DNA of 64,000 bases, taken from assembly GCF_000737315.1 (NCBI RefSeq), contig NZ_JMCB01000008.1, forward strand, positions 62,001 to 126,000, in the 5' to 3' direction. The notes beneath the pieces are model-generated. The model saw only the letters and a list, made by a program, of their open reading frames with translations, ran no database searches and was not told the origin of the DNA. Positions 50,168 to 62,082 of this stretch are shown piece after piece; within the stretch, counting starts at the first letter, position 1, and each line of letters starts with the position of its first letter. The stretch comes from Hyalangium minutum. GTDB taxonomy: Bacteria; Myxococcota; Myxococcia; Myxococcales; Myxococcaceae. The position numbers and the translations under genes were made by a program.

Positions 50168-50501
50168 GACGTCACTGGCCCGGCAGATGCTCGATGCGGT
50201 CCTCCAGCGCGCCAAGGCGCATGGAGCCTCGCGCGTGCGCGAGGTGCGAGGCTGGGTCGCGGAGACGGAGTCGCTGTCGCCCGACAGCCTCTCGTTCCAC
50301 TTCGCGGCTCACGCGCGGGGCACGAAGGCCGAAGGAGCAAGGCTCCTGCTGGAGCTCATCCACGTGGAGGCGCGCTGCCGGGCCTGTAACCGCACCTATG
50401 CCCCCGAGCACCACCTCCTGCTGTGTCCGGCCTGCGGCAGCACCGACGGAGAGCAGCTCCGGCAGACGGGACTGGCCGTCACCTCCATCGACGTGGAGTG
50501 A
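50160..50501 (+). CDS. hypA: Hydrogenase Ni-insertion chaperone HypA
   Basis: MHE start, CRAC and CPAC Zn site. Confidence 0.93.
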   Translation: MHETSLARQMLDAVLQRAKAHGASRVREVRGWVAETESLSPDSLSFHFAAHARGTKAEGARLLLELIHVEARCRACNRTYAPEHHLLLCPACGSTDGEQLRQTGLAVTSIDVE

Positions 50502-50510
50502 GGACTGGGC

Positions 50511-52811
50511 ATGATCCGGCTGGCCATCACCGTGCGAGGAGTCGTGCAGGGCGTGGGCTTCCGTCCCTTTGTCCACGCGGCGGCCACGGCCCGGGGGCTG
50601 TCGGGGTGGGTCCGCAACCGCACCGACGGTGTCCGCATCGAGGTGGAGGGGCCAGCGCCCCGCGTGAGCGACTTCCAGAGGGCCCTCGAGCGCGAAGCCC
50701 CTCCAGCGGCCCGCTTGGAGCACATGGGTGTCGAAGCGCTGCCGCTCCAGCGAGAACTCGGCTTCCGCATCCTCGAGAGCGATCCGAGCGCACCTCCCCG
50801 GCCCAGCATCCCAGCGGACCTGGCCACCTGCCCGGACTGCCTGGAGGAGGTGGTCTCCACGAGTGCGCGGCGCTTCCAGTACCCCTTCACCAACTGCACG
50901 CGCTGCGGGCCTCGGTGGACGATCATTGAAGCCCTGCCCTACGATCGGGCTCGCACGTCCATGAAGGCCTTCGCGATGTGCTCGGTCTGTGAGGCCGAGT
51001 ACCGCGACACACGGGACCGGCGCTTCCACGCCCAGCCCGTCGCATGTCCCGCGTGCGGCCCCTCGCTGCGGCTGCTTGGCCCCGAGGGGGATTGCCTGCG
51101 CGAAGGGGAAGCCGCACTGCGAGAGGCCGTGAAGGAAGTGCTCGCCGGAGGAATCCTCGCCCTCCAAGGGCTGGGGGGATTCCAGCTCCTCGTAGATGCC
51201 ACCGTCCCTGCGTCGGTCGAGCTCCTGCGCCAGCGCAAACGCCGTCTGGAGAAGCCCTTCGCGGTGATGTTTCCCTCGCTCGATCAGGTACGTACGGTCT
51301 GCGAGCTGGCCTCGGAGGAAGCGGCGGTGCTCACCTCCCCTGCAGCCCCCATCGTGCTCCTCCGCAAGCGCCTCTCCGGCGGCGCGAAGCCATGGGTCGC
51401 TGACGCGGTGGCTCCAGGCAACCCATGGCTGGGCGCGCTGCTGCCCTCCACACCCCTGCACCGAATGCTGCTCGATCTGGCGGAGCGCCCTCTGGTGTGC
51501 ACCAGCGGCAACCTCACCGACGAGCCCCTCTGCACCGCTCCCGGCGAGGCGCTGGATCGGCTGCGCGGAGTCGCCAGCCTGTTTCTGGTGCATGACCGGC
51601 CCATCCTCCGCCCGGTCGATGACTCCGTGGTGCGGATGGGACCGAACGGTCCGCTCGTGCTGCGCCGAGCCCGGGGTTATGCACCTCTCCCTCTGTCACT
51701 CCGTGCCGCTCCCCCGTACCTGTTGGCGCTTGGAGGCCACCTGAAGGGAACCGTCGCCCTCACTGTGGGAGAGCAAGCGGTGGTGAGCCAGCACTTGGGA
51801 GATCTGGGCTCTATCGAGGGCGCACGGCTCCTGGAGCGCACCGTGGAGGATCTGCTCCGGCTGTTCGAGGTGCACCCAGAAGCCGTCGCGTGCGATCTCC
51901 ACCCAGACTATGCCTCTACCCGGCTGGGCGAGCGCCTCTGCGAGCGCTGGGGAGTCCCACTCATCCAAGTGCAGCACCACCACGCCCACATCGCGGCGGT
52001 CATGGCTGAGCACGGACTCTCCGGCCCCGTACTCGGGCTCGCCTGGGACGGAGCAGGACTGGGAACAGACGGCACGCTGTGGGGCGGCGAGGCGCTGATC
52101 GTCGAAGGCGCGCGGTTCCGCCGGGTGGCACACCTTCGCCCCTTCCGCCTGGCCGGGGGAGAACAGGCCCAGCGAGAGCCTCGGCGGGCGGCGCTCGGAC
52201 TGCTCCACGCGATGGAGGGGCCTGGGGCCACCGTGCACCTGCGGGACGCCTTCACTGCGCACGAGGCGGACGTGCTCCTGGCCATGCTCGGGCGAGGGCT
52301 CCAGTCGCCGTTCACCACCAGCATGGGGCGGCTGTTCGACGCGGTCGCGGCGCTCTCCGGCGTCCAGCTGCGGACGAGCTTCGAGGGCCAGGCCGCCATG
52401 GCGCTCGAGTTCGCCGCAGGAGAGGACGCGGCCGTGGAGCCCTACCCTCTCCCACTGCGGAACGGCGAGCCTGCTGCGGCGGACTGGGAGCCTCTCATCC
52501 GAGCCCTGCTCGGGGATCGAACCCAAGGCGCGCCAGCCTCTCTCATGGCCCGCCGCTTCCACGCCTCGCTGGTCAGCCTGGCCGAAGCCATCGCGTCGCG
52601 GGCGGGCCTGCCCCACGTGGTGCTCGCGGGCGGGTGCTTCCAGAACCTGCGCCTGCTGCGGGACATCCAGGCACGCCTGCGCTCGCGAGGCTTCGAGGTG
52701 TGGACACCCCAGCAGTACCCACCCAACGACGGCAGCCTGTCCCTGGGCCAGCTCGCCGTCGCGGCATACCGCTACGAGGAGGCGCGCGATGTGTCTCGGC
52801 ATCCCCGGTGA
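50511..52811 (+). CDS. hypF: Carbamoyltransferase HypF
   Basis: GVVQGVGFRPF acylphosphatase domain, two Zn fingers, QHHHAH, TSMGRLFD, PNDGSLSLGQ. Confidence 0.96.
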   Translation: MIRLAITVRGVVQGVGFRPFVHAAATARGLSGWVRNRTDGVRIEVEGPAPRVSDFQRALEREAPPAARLEHMGVEALPLQRELGFRILESDPSAPPRPSIPADLATCPDCLEEVVSTSARRFQYPFTNCTRCGPRWTIIEALPYDRARTSMKAFAMCSVCEAEYRDTRDRRFHAQPVACPACGPSLRLLGPEGDCLREGEAALREAVKEVLAGGILALQGLGGFQLLVDATVPASVELLRQRKRRLEKPFAVMFPSLDQVRTVCELASEEAAVLTSPAAPIVLLRKRLSGGAKPWVADAVAPGNPWLGALLPSTPLHRMLLDLAERPLVCTSGNLTDEPLCTAPGEALDRLRGVASLFLVHDRPILRPVDDSVVRMGPNGPLVLRRARGYAPLPLSLRAAPPYLLALGGHLKGTVALTVGEQAVVSQHLGDLGSIEGARLLERTVEDLLRLFEVHPEAVACDLHPDYASTRLGERLCERWGVPLIQVQHHHAHIAAVMAEHGLSGPVLGLAWDGAGLGTDGTLWGGEALIVEGARFRRVAHLRPFRLAGGEQAQREPRRAALGLLHAMEGPGATVHLRDAFTAHEADVLLAMLGRGLQSPFTTSMGRLFDAVAALSGVQLRTSFEGQAAMALEFAAGEDAAVEPYPLPLRNGEPAAADWEPLIRALLGDRTQGAPASLMARRFHASLVSLAEAIASRAGLPHVVLAGGCFQNLRLLRDIQARLRSRGFEVWTPQQYPPNDGSLSLGQLAVAAYRYEEARDVSRHPR

Positions 52812-53040
52812 GGTGCTGTCCACGGTGGAGGGCCCGCTGCGCATGGGGCGCGTGGCCTTCGGCCAGGTCATCAAGGAGGTGTGCCTGGCCTATGTCCCCG
52901 AGGCCCAGCCCGGAGACTTCGTCGTGGTGCATGCCGGCTTCGCCATCAGCCGTGTGGATCCGGAGGGAGCCCTGCGTGTCTTCGCCTACCTGGAGGAGCT
53001 GGGCGAGACGGCCGAGAAGCTGGGAGGCCAATCCCCATGA
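52789..53040 (+). CDS. hypC: Hydrogenase assembly chaperone HypC
   Basis: [16 protein letters not shown]. Confidence 0.96.
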   Translation: MCLGIPGEVLSTVEGPLRMGRVAFGQVIKEVCLAYVPEAQPGDFVVVHAGFAISRVDPEGALRVFAYLEELGETAEKLGGQSP

Positions 53041-54131
53041 GGTATGTAGAAGAATACCGAGGCGCGGAGGAGGCCCACCGGTTTGTCCAGGCGCTCCACG
53101 CCCGGGTGACGCGGCCCTGGACGCTGATGGAGATCTGCGGGGGGCAAACGCACGCCATCGTCCGCTTCGGGATCGACCAACTGCTGCCGCCAGGACTCAC
53201 CCTCCTGCACGGTCCTGGCTGCCCGGTCTGCGTCACCTCGGTGGAGACCTTGGACAAGGCGCTGGCCATCGCCTCGCGGCCCGGCGTCGTGTTCTGCTCG
53301 TTCGGCGACATGCTCCGAGTGCCTGGCTCGGAGCGGGACTTGCTCTCGGTCAAGGCGGCGGGGGCGGACGTGCGCATCGTCTACTCGCCCATGGATGCGC
53401 TGGCCCTGGCCGAGCGGCTGCCCGGGCGCGAGGTCGTCTTCTTCGCCGTGGGCTTCGAGACCACCGCTCCGGCCAGCGCCATGGCCGTGCACGAGGCGCG
53501 GCGGCGGGGGCTGCGCAACTTCTCGCTCTTGGCGGCCCACGTCCTGGTGCCACCGGCGATGGAAGCGATCCTCGCGGACCGGAACCGGCGGGTGGATGGC
53601 TTCCTGGCCGCCGGCCACGTGTGCACGATCATGGGCATGGAGGCATACGGCCCGCTGGCGCGAGCGTACCGGGTCCCCATCGTCGTCACTGGCTTCGAGC
53701 CGCTGGACCTGCTGCAGGGCATCCACATGTGCGTGGCGCAGCTGGAGGATGGGCGCGCCGCGGTGGAGAACCAGTACGCCCGCGCCGTGCGGCCCCCGGG
53801 CAACGCACCTGCCCAGGCCATGCTGCAAGCGGTGTTCGAGGTGGTGCACCGCACGTGGCGGGGTATCGGCCCCATTCCATCGAGCGGCTTGGGGCTCCGC
53901 GCCGCCTACGCGGACTGGGACGCCGAGCGGAAGTTCGGCGTGTCCGCGGTGGGTGGCCGAGAGGACGCGGAGTGCCGGAGCGGCTCGGTGTTGCGAGGCC
54001 TGCTCAAGCCGCCCGAGTGCCCCGCCTTCGGCACCCGCTGCACACCCGAGACGCCGCTGGGAGCGACGATGGTGTCCTCCGAGGGCGCCTGTGCGGCCTA
54101 CTACCGCTACCGGAGGTTCACCGGCCCATGA
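53037..54131 (+). CDS. hypD: Hydrogenase formation protein HypD
   Basis: [33 protein letters not shown]. Confidence 0.96.
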   Translation: MRYVEEYRGAEEAHRFVQALHARVTRPWTLMEICGGQTHAIVRFGIDQLLPPGLTLLHGPGCPVCVTSVETLDKALAIASRPGVVFCSFGDMLRVPGSERDLLSVKAAGADVRIVYSPMDALALAERLPGREVVFFAVGFETTAPASAMAVHEARRRGLRNFSLLAAHVLVPPAMEAILADRNRRVDGFLAAGHVCTIMGMEAYGPLARAYRVPIVVTGFEPLDLLQGIHMCVAQLEDGRAAVENQYARAVRPPGNAPAQAMLQAVFEVVHRTWRGIGPIPSSGLGLRAAYADWDAERKFGVSAVGGREDAECRSGSVLRGLLKPPECPAFGTRCTPETPLGATMVSSEGACAAYYRYRRFTGP

Positions 54132-55174
54132 GCACCCTCTTGAACCGGAGCTGCCCCGCACCGCTGAAGCACAGCACCATCCAGCTCGCGCACGGAGGAG
54201 GCGGACGGCTCATGCGCCAGCTCATCGAGGAGGTCTTCCTGGAGCCGCCTCCCGCCCTGGCGTGGACCGAGCGCCATGACAGCGCGGTGGTCCCCCTCGG
54301 CACGGAGCGACTGGCGCTCACCACGGACTCCTACGTGGTGACCCCTCGCTTCTTCCCTGGGGGAGACATCGGCAAGCTCGCGGTGTACGGCACGGTGAAC
54401 GACCTGGTCATGTCCGGGGCACGCCCGCTGTACCTGAGCGCGGGCTTCATTCTGGAGGAGGGGCTGGCGATGGAGGAGCTGCGCCGGGTGGTGGCCTCCA
54501 TGCGCGAGGCCGCCCGGGAGTGCGGCGTGAGGCTCGTCACGGGAGACACCAAGGTGGTGGACCGAGGCAAGGCGGATGGGCTCTTCATCAACACCTCGGG
54601 CGCGGGCCATGTGCCCGAGGGCCGCTCCGTCCACCCGAGGCGCGTGAGGCCAGGGGACGCGGTGCTCGTCTCTGGAGACGTGGGGCAGCACGGCATCGCC
54701 GTCCTCTCGGTGCGCGAGGGGCTCGCTTTCGAGACTCCCGTTCAGAGCGACTGCTCGCCGCTCACGCCGCTGGTGGAGGCGCTCTTCAGCGCGGGGGTGG
54801 ATGTGCATGCCCTGCGAGACACGACGCGAGGGGGGCTGGCCTCGGCCCTCAATGAACTGGCCCTCGATGGTGGAGTGAGTGTCCTCTTGGAGGAGACCTC
54901 GGTGCCGGTGAACGAGGCGGTCTCGGGAGCCTGCGAGTTGCTGGGCCTGGATCCCCTCTACGTGGCCTGCGAGGGGCGCATGGTGGCCTTCGTGCCCGAA
55001 CCCCAGGCAGAGGTGGCCTTGGCGGCCCTGCGCGGCCATCCCCTCGGTGTGGCAGCGGCCCGGATTGGGCGTGTCACCGAGGGCCCCGCGGGCAGGGTGT
55101 CTCTGCGCACGCGCCTCGGCGGACACCGGCTCTTGGATCTGCTCTCCGGGGAACAGCTCCCGCGCATCTGCTGA
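54128..55174 (+). CDS. hypE: Hydrogenase expression/formation protein HypE
   Basis: [26 protein letters not shown], terminal PRIC. Confidence 0.96.
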   Translation: MSTLLNRSCPAPLKHSTIQLAHGGGGRLMRQLIEEVFLEPPPALAWTERHDSAVVPLGTERLALTTDSYVVTPRFFPGGDIGKLAVYGTVNDLVMSGARPLYLSAGFILEEGLAMEELRRVVASMREAARECGVRLVTGDTKVVDRGKADGLFINTSGAGHVPEGRSVHPRRVRPGDAVLVSGDVGQHGIAVLSVREGLAFETPVQSDCSPLTPLVEALFSAGVDVHALRDTTRGGLASALNELALDGGVSVLLEETSVPVNEAVSGACELLGLDPLYVACEGRMVAFVPEPQAEVALAALRGHPLGVAAARIGRVTEGPAGRVSLRTRLGGHRLLDLLSGEQLPRIC

Positions 55175-55182
55175 AGCGCCGC

Positions 55183-57636
55183 TCACCCCGCCCTGCGCAA
55201 GCGGATCCAGCGGCGCACCAACTTGGCCAACTCCAGCGCCGTCACGGGGATGAGACCGAGCGCGAACATGAGCACCATCTCATTCCAGGGCAGAGGCACC
55301 AACTCGAAGAGGGTCCGCACCGCGGGAATCTCATAGAGCGCCCCCTGGATGAGCACAGACACGAGGATGACTCCGAGCAGCACCCGGTTGGTGAAGACAC
55401 CCACCTCCCAGAAGATGCGCGTGGAACTCCGGGCGATGAACGAGCGCAATAGCTCCGCGAAGACAAGCGTGGAGAACGCCAGCGAGCGGGCCCGCTCCAA
55501 GTGCGCCGCGGGATCCGCCCACAGGAAGACCCCGAGCACCACGGCCGCCTCGAGCGCACCGGCGGCGAAGATGGTGCGCCACTGAGCGCCTCCGAGCATC
55601 GGCTCATCGGGGCGGCGCGGTGGGGCCTGCAGCAGCTCGAGCCGGGCGGGGTCCATCACCAGCGCCAGCGCCGGCAGGCTGTCCGTCATGAGGTTGATCC
55701 AGAGCAGCTGCAACGGAACCAGGGGTAGGGGTTGGCCCATCAGCAGGGCGATGACCATCAGCAGGAGTTCACCCACATTGCCCACGAGCAGATACACCAG
55801 CGTCTTGCGAATGTTCTCGTAGATGGCGCGGCCCTCGCGGATGGCCGCCACGATGGTGGCGAAGTTGTCATCGGTGAGGACGATGTCCGCGGCCTCACGC
55901 GTCACCTCGGTGCCGGTGCGCCCCATGGCAATACCGATGTGAGCCTCGCGCAGCGCGGGCGCATCATTCACGCCGTCCCCGGTCATCGCCACCACCTCGC
56001 CGCGCTCCTTCCAGCGCCGGACGATGCGCAGCTTCTCCTCGGCGGTGACGCGGGCGTGGATCAGCTCGGAGGGGTCATCGCCCTCGCGAACGATTCCCAG
56101 CTCACGCCCGATGGCGAGCGCCGTCACGGGGTGATCGCCGGTGATCATCACCGTGCGGATTCCCGCCGCCCGTGCCGCAGCGACGGCCTCGATGGCCTCG
56201 GGCCGGGGCGGGTCCGCCATGCCCATCAACCCCAGCAGCTGGAGCCGCTCCTCCTCCGGACCCGAGCCCCGAGCCACGGCCAGCACCCGGAGTCCTCGAG
56301 AGGCCATCGCCTCGGCCTTCGCGAGCGCCCCTTCGGTGCCAGAGGTGCAGCGCGAAAGCAGGACCTCGGGCGCGCCCTTGACGGAGAGGACGCCATCCGC
56401 GCGCAGCACGGACATCCGCTTCCGCTCGGAGTCGAAGGGCTGCACGGCCACGCGGGGGTTCTCGCGCTCGATCTGCTCGCGCTGGATGCCACGCTCCAGG
56501 GCCGCGCGCAGCAGGGCCAGCTCCGTGGGGTCTCCTGTTCCTTCCTTCCCTTCGGGCCCGAGACTCGCGTCACAGCACGACGCCGCAGTCCGGAGGAGCG
56601 CCTCCTCATCTGAGCCCCACAGCTCGCGCACCGCCATGCTACCCGTGGTGAGCGTGCCGGTCTTGTCGGTGCACACCACCGTCGCCGAGCCCAGCGTCTC
56701 CACGGCCTGGAGCCGGCGCACCAGGGCATGCCGGCTCGCCATCCGCCGCACGCCCAACGCCAGGGCAATGGTCACCACGGCTGGAAGCCCTTCGGGCACG
56801 GCCGCCACCGCCAGCGAGATGGACGAGAGCAGCACGGGCAGCCAGCCCATGCCCCGCAGCAGGCCCAGCGCCGCCACAAGCAGCACGATACCGCCGCAGA
56901 CGATCAACAGCGCCTGGGTCACCCGGTTGAGCCGCTGTTGCAGCGGCGTCTCCGTGTCCTCGGCGGAGGCAAGCAGGTGGGCAATCTGCCCCAGCTCCGT
57001 GCGCATGCCAGTGGCGGTCACCACCGCCGTGCCCGTCCCTCGCGACACCGCGGTTCCCATGAACACACGGTCCGTGCGCTGCGCCAGGGGTGTTCCCTCG
57101 GGCGTGGGCCGGATGGACTTGTCCACGGGGGCGCTCTCTCCGGTGAGCGGCGCCTCGCTCGTGGCGAGCGAGTAGGCCTCCAGCAGCTGCGCATCCGCGG
57201 CCACAATGTCGCCCGCCTCTAGGAGCAGCACATCTCCCGGGACGATCTCCGCCGCAGGCAGATCGATGGGGTACCCATCGCGCAGGACACGGGCCCGGGG
57301 CGCGGTCATGGAGCGCAGCGCCTGCATGGCCTGCTCGGCCTTGAATTCCTGAGCGAACCCGACGAGCGCGTTGAGCACCACGATGATGCCAATAGCGATG
57401 GCGTCCGCCCGCTCCCCCATCAGGAAGGAGGCGACACTGGCCGCGATCAGCAGAGCGATCATCGGTGAGCGGAACTGATCCAGGAAGAGGCGCCAGCGGG
57501 GCCGAGCGGCCTCCCGGCGAATCTCGTTCCGCCCGGACTCGAGCAGGCGGCGTGCGGCCTCTGAGGTGGTCAATCCCGGGTTCATGGCTCCAGGGAGAGG
57601 GTACTCGCTGGAAGGCAGCGGGGTGGTGACGGCCAT
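55183..57636 (-). CDS. Cation-transporting P-type ATPase (Ca2+-type, PEGL)
   Basis: [35 protein letters not shown]; start ATG 57636 (or 57585). Confidence 0.92.
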   Translation of the reverse strand: MAVTTPLPSSEYPLPGAMNPGLTTSEAARRLLESGRNEIRREAARPRWRLFLDQFRSPMIALLIAASVASFLMGERADAIAIGIIVVLNALVGFAQEFKAEQAMQALRSMTAPRARVLRDGYPIDLPAAEIVPGDVLLLEAGDIVAADAQLLEAYSLATSEAPLTGESAPVDKSIRPTPEGTPLAQRTDRVFMGTAVSRGTGTAVVTATGMRTELGQIAHLLASAEDTETPLQQRLNRVTQALLIVCGGIVLLVAALGLLRGMGWLPVLLSSISLAVAAVPEGLPAVVTIALALGVRRMASRHALVRRLQAVETLGSATVVCTDKTGTLTTGSMAVRELWGSDEEALLRTAASCCDASLGPEGKEGTGDPTELALLRAALERGIQREQIERENPRVAVQPFDSERKRMSVLRADGVLSVKGAPEVLLSRCTSGTEGALAKAEAMASRGLRVLAVARGSGPEEERLQLLGLMGMADPPRPEAIEAVAAARAAGIRTVMITGDHPVTALAIGRELGIVREGDDPSELIHARVTAEEKLRIVRRWKERGEVVAMTGDGVNDAPALREAHIGIAMGRTGTEVTREAADIVLTDDNFATIVAAIREGRAIYENIRKTLVYLLVGNVGELLLMVIALLMGQPLPLVPLQLLWINLMTDSLPALALVMDPARLELLQAPPRRPDEPMLGGAQWRTIFAAGALEAAVVLGVFLWADPAAHLERARSLAFSTLVFAELLRSFIARSSTRIFWEVGVFTNRVLLGVILVSVLIQGALYEIPAVRTLFELVPLPWNEMVLMFALGLIPVTALELAKLVRRWIRLRRAG

Positions 57637-57663
57637 GACAAGGACTCCAGCGGTCGACACTGT

Positions 57664-57749
57664 GGCAGCCCCTCCCCTTTTCACATCCCGCGCCAGCAGC
57701 CCCACCTTGAACCGGACCGGTGTTGCCCTGGGAGGGGCTGCCTCCCAGG
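57664..57749. repeat. Overlapping inverted repeats in the divergent ATPase/ppsA intergenic region
   Basis: GGCAGCCCCTCCC (57664-76) pairs with GGGAGGGGCTGCC (57730-42); competing hairpin CCTGGGAGG/CCTCCCAGG (57727-49). Confidence 0.75.
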
Positions 57750-57860
57750 CTGCCCTCATGAGTCTCCTCACGCGCGGTTCATGCCTATCAAGAAGGAAGC
57801 ACCGAGTGCGGCCCGGCGCTGGACCGCACCTCACAGACGGCCTCGAGGAGGGAGCAGGCC

Positions 57861-60320
57861 ATGGAACTGACGATGCCGCCGAAGAAGGGGCCCGTGACGC
57901 GAGGCGTACCTGGGCAGGAGCCAGGCCCACGAGAGGAGCCCCCTGCCCTGGTGATCTGGTTCGAGTCTCTCTCCCGAGGAGACACGGCCATCGCGGGGGG
58001 CAAGGGAGCGAATCTGGGGGAGCTACAGAAGGCGGGCCTGCCAGTGCCTCGGGGCTTCGTGGTCACCGCCGCGGCCTTCCAGGCGTCCATGGAGCCCATC
58101 CGCTCCAAGCTGACGGACCTCTGGCGGCGCATCGATCCGGACAAACCCGAGTCGCTCGCCATCCTGTCCGATGAGCTGAAGAAGCTCGTGCGCAAGATCG
58201 AGTTCCCAGCCTCGTTGCGCTCGGCCCTGCTCTTGGCCTATCGCCAGCTGGGGAAGGATCGAGCGGTCGCCGTCCGCTCGTCCGCGACGTCCGAGGACAC
58301 GGCCGCCACCTCGTTCGCGGGGATGCACGAGACGTTCACCAACGTGGTGGGAGAGGAGGCGGTGCTCGACAAGGTGCGCGAGTGCTGGAGCTCCGCCTAT
58401 GGCCAGCGCGTAGTGGCCTACCGCAAAAGCCAGGGTGTCTCCGAGGAGCCCACCCTCGCCGTGGTGGTGCAGGAGATGGTGGACTCGGCGCGCTCGGGGG
58501 TGATGTTCACCGCGGATCCGGCGACAGGCAGCCGGGATCGGCTCATCATCGAGGGCGCCTTCGGACTGGGCGAGGTGGTCGTCGGCGGGCAGGTGGAGCC
58601 GGACACCTACGCTGTGGACAAGCAGCACATGCGGGTGCTGGAGGTCCGCGTTGGCCACAAGGACTACCAGATCGTCCGTGAGGGACACGGGCAGGAGCGC
58701 CGCGTGGATCTGTCGCCCGAGGAAGCGAGCCGCCGCGTGCTGAAGGACGAAGAGGTGCTGGAGCTCGCGCGGCTGGGGCTGAACGTGGAGCAGCACTACG
58801 GCTCGCCGCAGGACGTGGAGTGGGCCGAGTCGGGGGGGCGCATGTACCTCGTCCAGTCGCGGCCCATCACCACCCTGACGGAGACTGTGGGCCCAGCGAA
58901 GAGGTTGTCCCGAACGAAGGAGCCCGTGCTCGTCACGGGGATGGGCGCCTCCCCTGGCATCGTCTCGGGCCGCGTGCGCGTCCTACACAAGCCCGAGGAA
59001 GGGCGGCACCTGCGCAAGGGCGAGATCCTCGTGGCGCCGATGACATCTCCGGACTGGGTGCCCACGCTGCGCCGGGCCGCCGCCATCATTACGGACAGCG
59101 GCGGAATCACGTGCCACGCCGCGATTGTCAGCCGTGAGCTGCGGATCCCCTGCGTGGTGGGGACACGCATGGCCACTCGGGTGCTCCGCGATGGGGAGGA
59201 GATCACGGTGGATGGCGCCACGGGTCAGGTGCGCGCAGGGCTGGAGGAAACTCCTACCGCCGAGCCCACGAACGCCACCGTCCAGAGAGCCCCAGCCATG
59301 GCTGTGAGTCCCGGGGATCCGGAGCCGCTGGCCACGCGCCTCTATGTCAACCTGGCGATGCCGGGACAGGCGAAGGAAGTGGCGGCGATGCCGGTGGACG
59401 GTGTGGGCCTGCTCCGCGCCGAGTTCATGCTGACGGACGCGCTCGGGGGAGTGCACCCGAAGCGGCTGCTAGCGCTCGGGAGACGCCAGGAGTTCATGGA
59501 CAAGCTGTCCGGGTCGCTGCTGGAGATCACCCGCGCATTCCGGCCACGACCGGTCGTCTATCGGACCACGGACTTCCGCACCAACGAGTTCCGGGGACTG
59601 GAGGGTGGCGCCGAGTTCGAGTCCGCCGAGGCCAACCCGATGATCGGCTATCGCGGCTGCTACCGGTACATCCGTGAGCCGGAGATCTTCCAGCTCGAGC
59701 TGGAGGTACTGGCGCGGGTACGCGAGGAGACGTCCAACCTGCACGTGATGATTCCCTTCGTGCGCACGAAATGGGAGCTGGAGGCGTGCCTGGAAGCCAT
59801 CGATCGAAGCCCGCTGGGGCGGCAGCGAGGGCTGGAGCGCTGGGTGATGGCAGAGGTGCCCTCGGTGGTGTACCGCATCCCCGAGTACGCGCGCATGGGC
59901 ATCACGGGCGTGTCCATCGGCTCCAATGATTTGACGCAGCTCATGCTGGGGGTGGATCGGGACTCGGAGGTGTGCGCGGAGCTGTTCGACGAGTCGGACG
60001 CGGCGGTGCTGGATGCGATTGTGCGCATCATCCGGGCCAGCCTCGAGGCGGGCATCACCTGCTCCTTGTGTGGCCAGGCGCCCTCCAACCGCCCCGAGTT
60101 CGCCGAGCACCTGGTGCGCGCGGGCATCACCTCCATCTCGGTGGACCCGGGGGCGGTGGGCTCGGCGCGGAGGGTGATCGCGGCAGCAGAGCGGCGCTTG
60201 CTGCTGGAGGCCGCGAGGCAAGGAGGCGCCCGTGGAAGCGACGATGCGCGCGATGGTGCTCCCAGCGCCTGGACAACCCCTGCGGGAAGAACGATGGCCC
60301 CTGCCCATCCCAGGTCCTGA
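57861..60320 (+). CDS. ppsA: Phosphoenolpyruvate synthase
   Basis: [31 protein letters not shown] phospho-His, [18 protein letters not shown]. Confidence 0.94.
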   Translation: MELTMPPKKGPVTRGVPGQEPGPREEPPALVIWFESLSRGDTAIAGGKGANLGELQKAGLPVPRGFVVTAAAFQASMEPIRSKLTDLWRRIDPDKPESLAILSDELKKLVRKIEFPASLRSALLLAYRQLGKDRAVAVRSSATSEDTAATSFAGMHETFTNVVGEEAVLDKVRECWSSAYGQRVVAYRKSQGVSEEPTLAVVVQEMVDSARSGVMFTADPATGSRDRLIIEGAFGLGEVVVGGQVEPDTYAVDKQHMRVLEVRVGHKDYQIVREGHGQERRVDLSPEEASRRVLKDEEVLELARLGLNVEQHYGSPQDVEWAESGGRMYLVQSRPITTLTETVGPAKRLSRTKEPVLVTGMGASPGIVSGRVRVLHKPEEGRHLRKGEILVAPMTSPDWVPTLRRAAAIITDSGGITCHAAIVSRELRIPCVVGTRMATRVLRDGEEITVDGATGQVRAGLEETPTAEPTNATVQRAPAMAVSPGDPEPLATRLYVNLAMPGQAKEVAAMPVDGVGLLRAEFMLTDALGGVHPKRLLALGRRQEFMDKLSGSLLEITRAFRPRPVVYRTTDFRTNEFRGLEGGAEFESAEANPMIGYRGCYRYIREPEIFQLELEVLARVREETSNLHVMIPFVRTKWELEACLEAIDRSPLGRQRGLERWVMAEVPSVVYRIPEYARMGITGVSIGSNDLTQLMLGVDRDSEVCAELFDESDAAVLDAIVRIIRASLEAGITCSLCGQAPSNRPEFAEHLVRAGITSISVDPGAVGSARRVIAAAERRLLLEAARQGGARGSDDARDGAPSAWTTPAGRTMAPAHPRS

Positions 60321-61254
60321 GCAGTTCCTGCTGCGAGTGCGGGCCTGCGCGGTGTGCCGCACGGACCTGCACGTGCTGGACGGCGAGCTGCCGCACGCGA
60401 AGCAGCCACTGGTGCTCGGGCACGAGATCGTCGGGACGGTGGTGGGCCTGGGCTCACGGGTGACGGACCTCGCCCTGGGCACGCGCGTGGGAGTACCGTG
60501 GCTCGGATGGACGTGTGGCCACTGTGGCGCATGTACCTCGGGCCGGGAGAACCTGTGCGCGGAGGCGCGCTTCACGGGGTACCAGCTCGATGGCGGATAC
60601 GCGGAGTACACGGTGGCCGATCACCGGTTCTGCTTTCCGCTCCCCGAGGGCTACCCGGATGTGCAAGCGGCGCCGCTGCTGTGCGCGGGGCTGATTGGGT
60701 ACCGGAGTCTGCGGCTTGCGGGCCCAGGCGAGCGACTGGGGCTGTATGGCTTTGGAGCGGCGGCCCACGTCCTCATTCAGGTGGCACGCCACCAGGGCCG
60801 GAGGGTGTACGCCTTCACACGCCCAGGAGACGCGGCGGGACAGGCGTTCGCCCGAGAACTGGGGGCGGAGTGGGCGGGCAGCTCCGAGCAGTTGCCTCCG
60901 GAGCCCCTGGATGCGGCCATCCTCTTCGCGCCAGTGGGAGCCTTGGTGCCCCTGGCCCTGAGAGCGACGGTTCCCGGGGGCGTGGTGGTGTGCGGAGGCA
61001 TCCACATGAGTGACATCCCCGCCTTCCCCTACGCACTGCTGTGGGGCGAGCGGGTGGTGCGCTCGGTGGCCAACCTGACGCGGCAAGACGGGCGGGAGTT
61101 CCTCGCGCTCGCACCGCGAGTGCCGGTACGCACCGAGGTACAGAGCTACCCATTGGAGGCAGCGGCACAGGCGCTCGAAGATCTGCGGGCGGGGCGGGTG
61201 CGCGGAGCAGCGGTGCTGGACCTGACCGGCAGCCCAGCCCCCCTTGAGGGGTGA
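60244..61254 (+). CDS. Zinc-dependent alcohol dehydrogenase family protein
   Basis: VCRTDLH, GHE, CGHCGAC-x7-C, PLLCAG, YGFGAA. Confidence 0.93.
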   Translation: MRAMVLPAPGQPLREERWPLPIPGPEQFLLRVRACAVCRTDLHVLDGELPHAKQPLVLGHEIVGTVVGLGSRVTDLALGTRVGVPWLGWTCGHCGACTSGRENLCAEARFTGYQLDGGYAEYTVADHRFCFPLPEGYPDVQAAPLLCAGLIGYRSLRLAGPGERLGLYGFGAAAHVLIQVARHQGRRVYAFTRPGDAAGQAFARELGAEWAGSSEQLPPEPLDAAILFAPVGALVPLALRATVPGGVVVCGGIHMSDIPAFPYALLWGERVVRSVANLTRQDGREFLALAPRVPVRTEVQSYPLEAAAQALEDLRAGRVRGAAVLDLTGSPAPLEG

Positions 61255-61320
61255 TGGAAAACCTTTCCAGGGCGTCCAAGTGCTCACCCATCTTGTGACT
61301 CGCCATCAGCGCTGGGCTTC

Positions 61321-61428
61321 GTGCGTCCACCCGCACTGCTGCTCCTGGTGCTCCTGCTGGGCGGGGCGGTGATGCTGGCGCTCGGGCTCGCGCTGCTTTT
61401 CTGGCCCCGCGCGCTCCTTCACTTCTGA
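61321..61428 (+). CDS. Possible 35-aa hydrophobic mini-protein or membrane-protein remnant
   Basis: GTG-start frame VRPPALLLLVLLLGGAVMLALGLALLFWPRALLHF* with C/G-ending Leu codons; no clear RBS. Confidence 0.3.
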   Translation: MRPPALLLLVLLLGGAVMLALGLALLFWPRALLHF

Positions 61429-61483
61429 GGAGGGCCGCAGACGGGCGATGCCACTCCTCCACCGCCCCACACGTGCCTCCAGG

Positions 61484-61969
61484 CTACGCCTTCACCTTCC
61501 CCTCTGGCGCCGTGCCCTGAACAGCGATCCGCTTCGGCTGGACCGCCAGCGTCTTGGGCACGTTCACGGTGAGGATGCCCTCCTTGAGTTCCGCGCGGAT
61601 CTGATCGGCGTTGATGCCCACCGGCAGAGAGAAGGTCCTCGTGAACGTGCCCGCCGAGCGCTCGGAGCAGTAGTACGTATCCGTCTCCGAGACCTGCTCG
61701 GCCTCGCGCTTGCCCGAGAGGGTGAGGCGGTTGTTGGTGACTTGGATGTCGAGGTCCTGCTCACGAAAACCGGGCACGTCTGCCTTGAAGACGTAGGCGT
61801 CCTTCGTCTCCCAGACATCGAAGGCAGGGACATACGTCCCCAGCCGCTCCGGAAGCAGCTGGGACATCGGCTCCAGGTTCAGCATCTCACGCATGGTCTG
61901 GAACAGATCCCACGGGAGCAGCGAGCGGCGGGTCGTCGGGACAGCTTCACCTCTCCTGATGATGGCCAT
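61484..61969 (-). CDS. Small heat-shock protein Hsp20
   Basis: DVWETKDAYVFKADVPG, ERSAGTFTRTFSLP, GILTVNVPK; AGGAGG RBS. Confidence 0.94.
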   Translation of the reverse strand: MAIIRRGEAVPTTRRSLLPWDLFQTMREMLNLEPMSQLLPERLGTYVPAFDVWETKDAYVFKADVPGFREQDLDIQVTNNRLTLSGKREAEQVSETDTYYCSERSAGTFTRTFSLPVGINADQIRAELKEGILTVNVPKTLAVQPKRIAVQGTAPEGKVKA

Positions 61970-62082
61970 ATTTCCTCCTGAGATTGACAACTCCCGCACC
62001 AGACGGCCTGGTGAGTAGAACCGCCGTGGCTGGGCGGGGGGCGGAACGTGGTGATGGGGCACGCGAGGACAACTGGCCTTCG

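Noticed and set aside
57640-57700. yybP-ykoY (Mn2+) riboswitch ahead of the P-type ATPase (minus-strand AAAGGGGAG)
   Set aside because: The next bases are GGGC rather than UAGC, and only about 30 nt remain before the ATG, too short for the aptamer.
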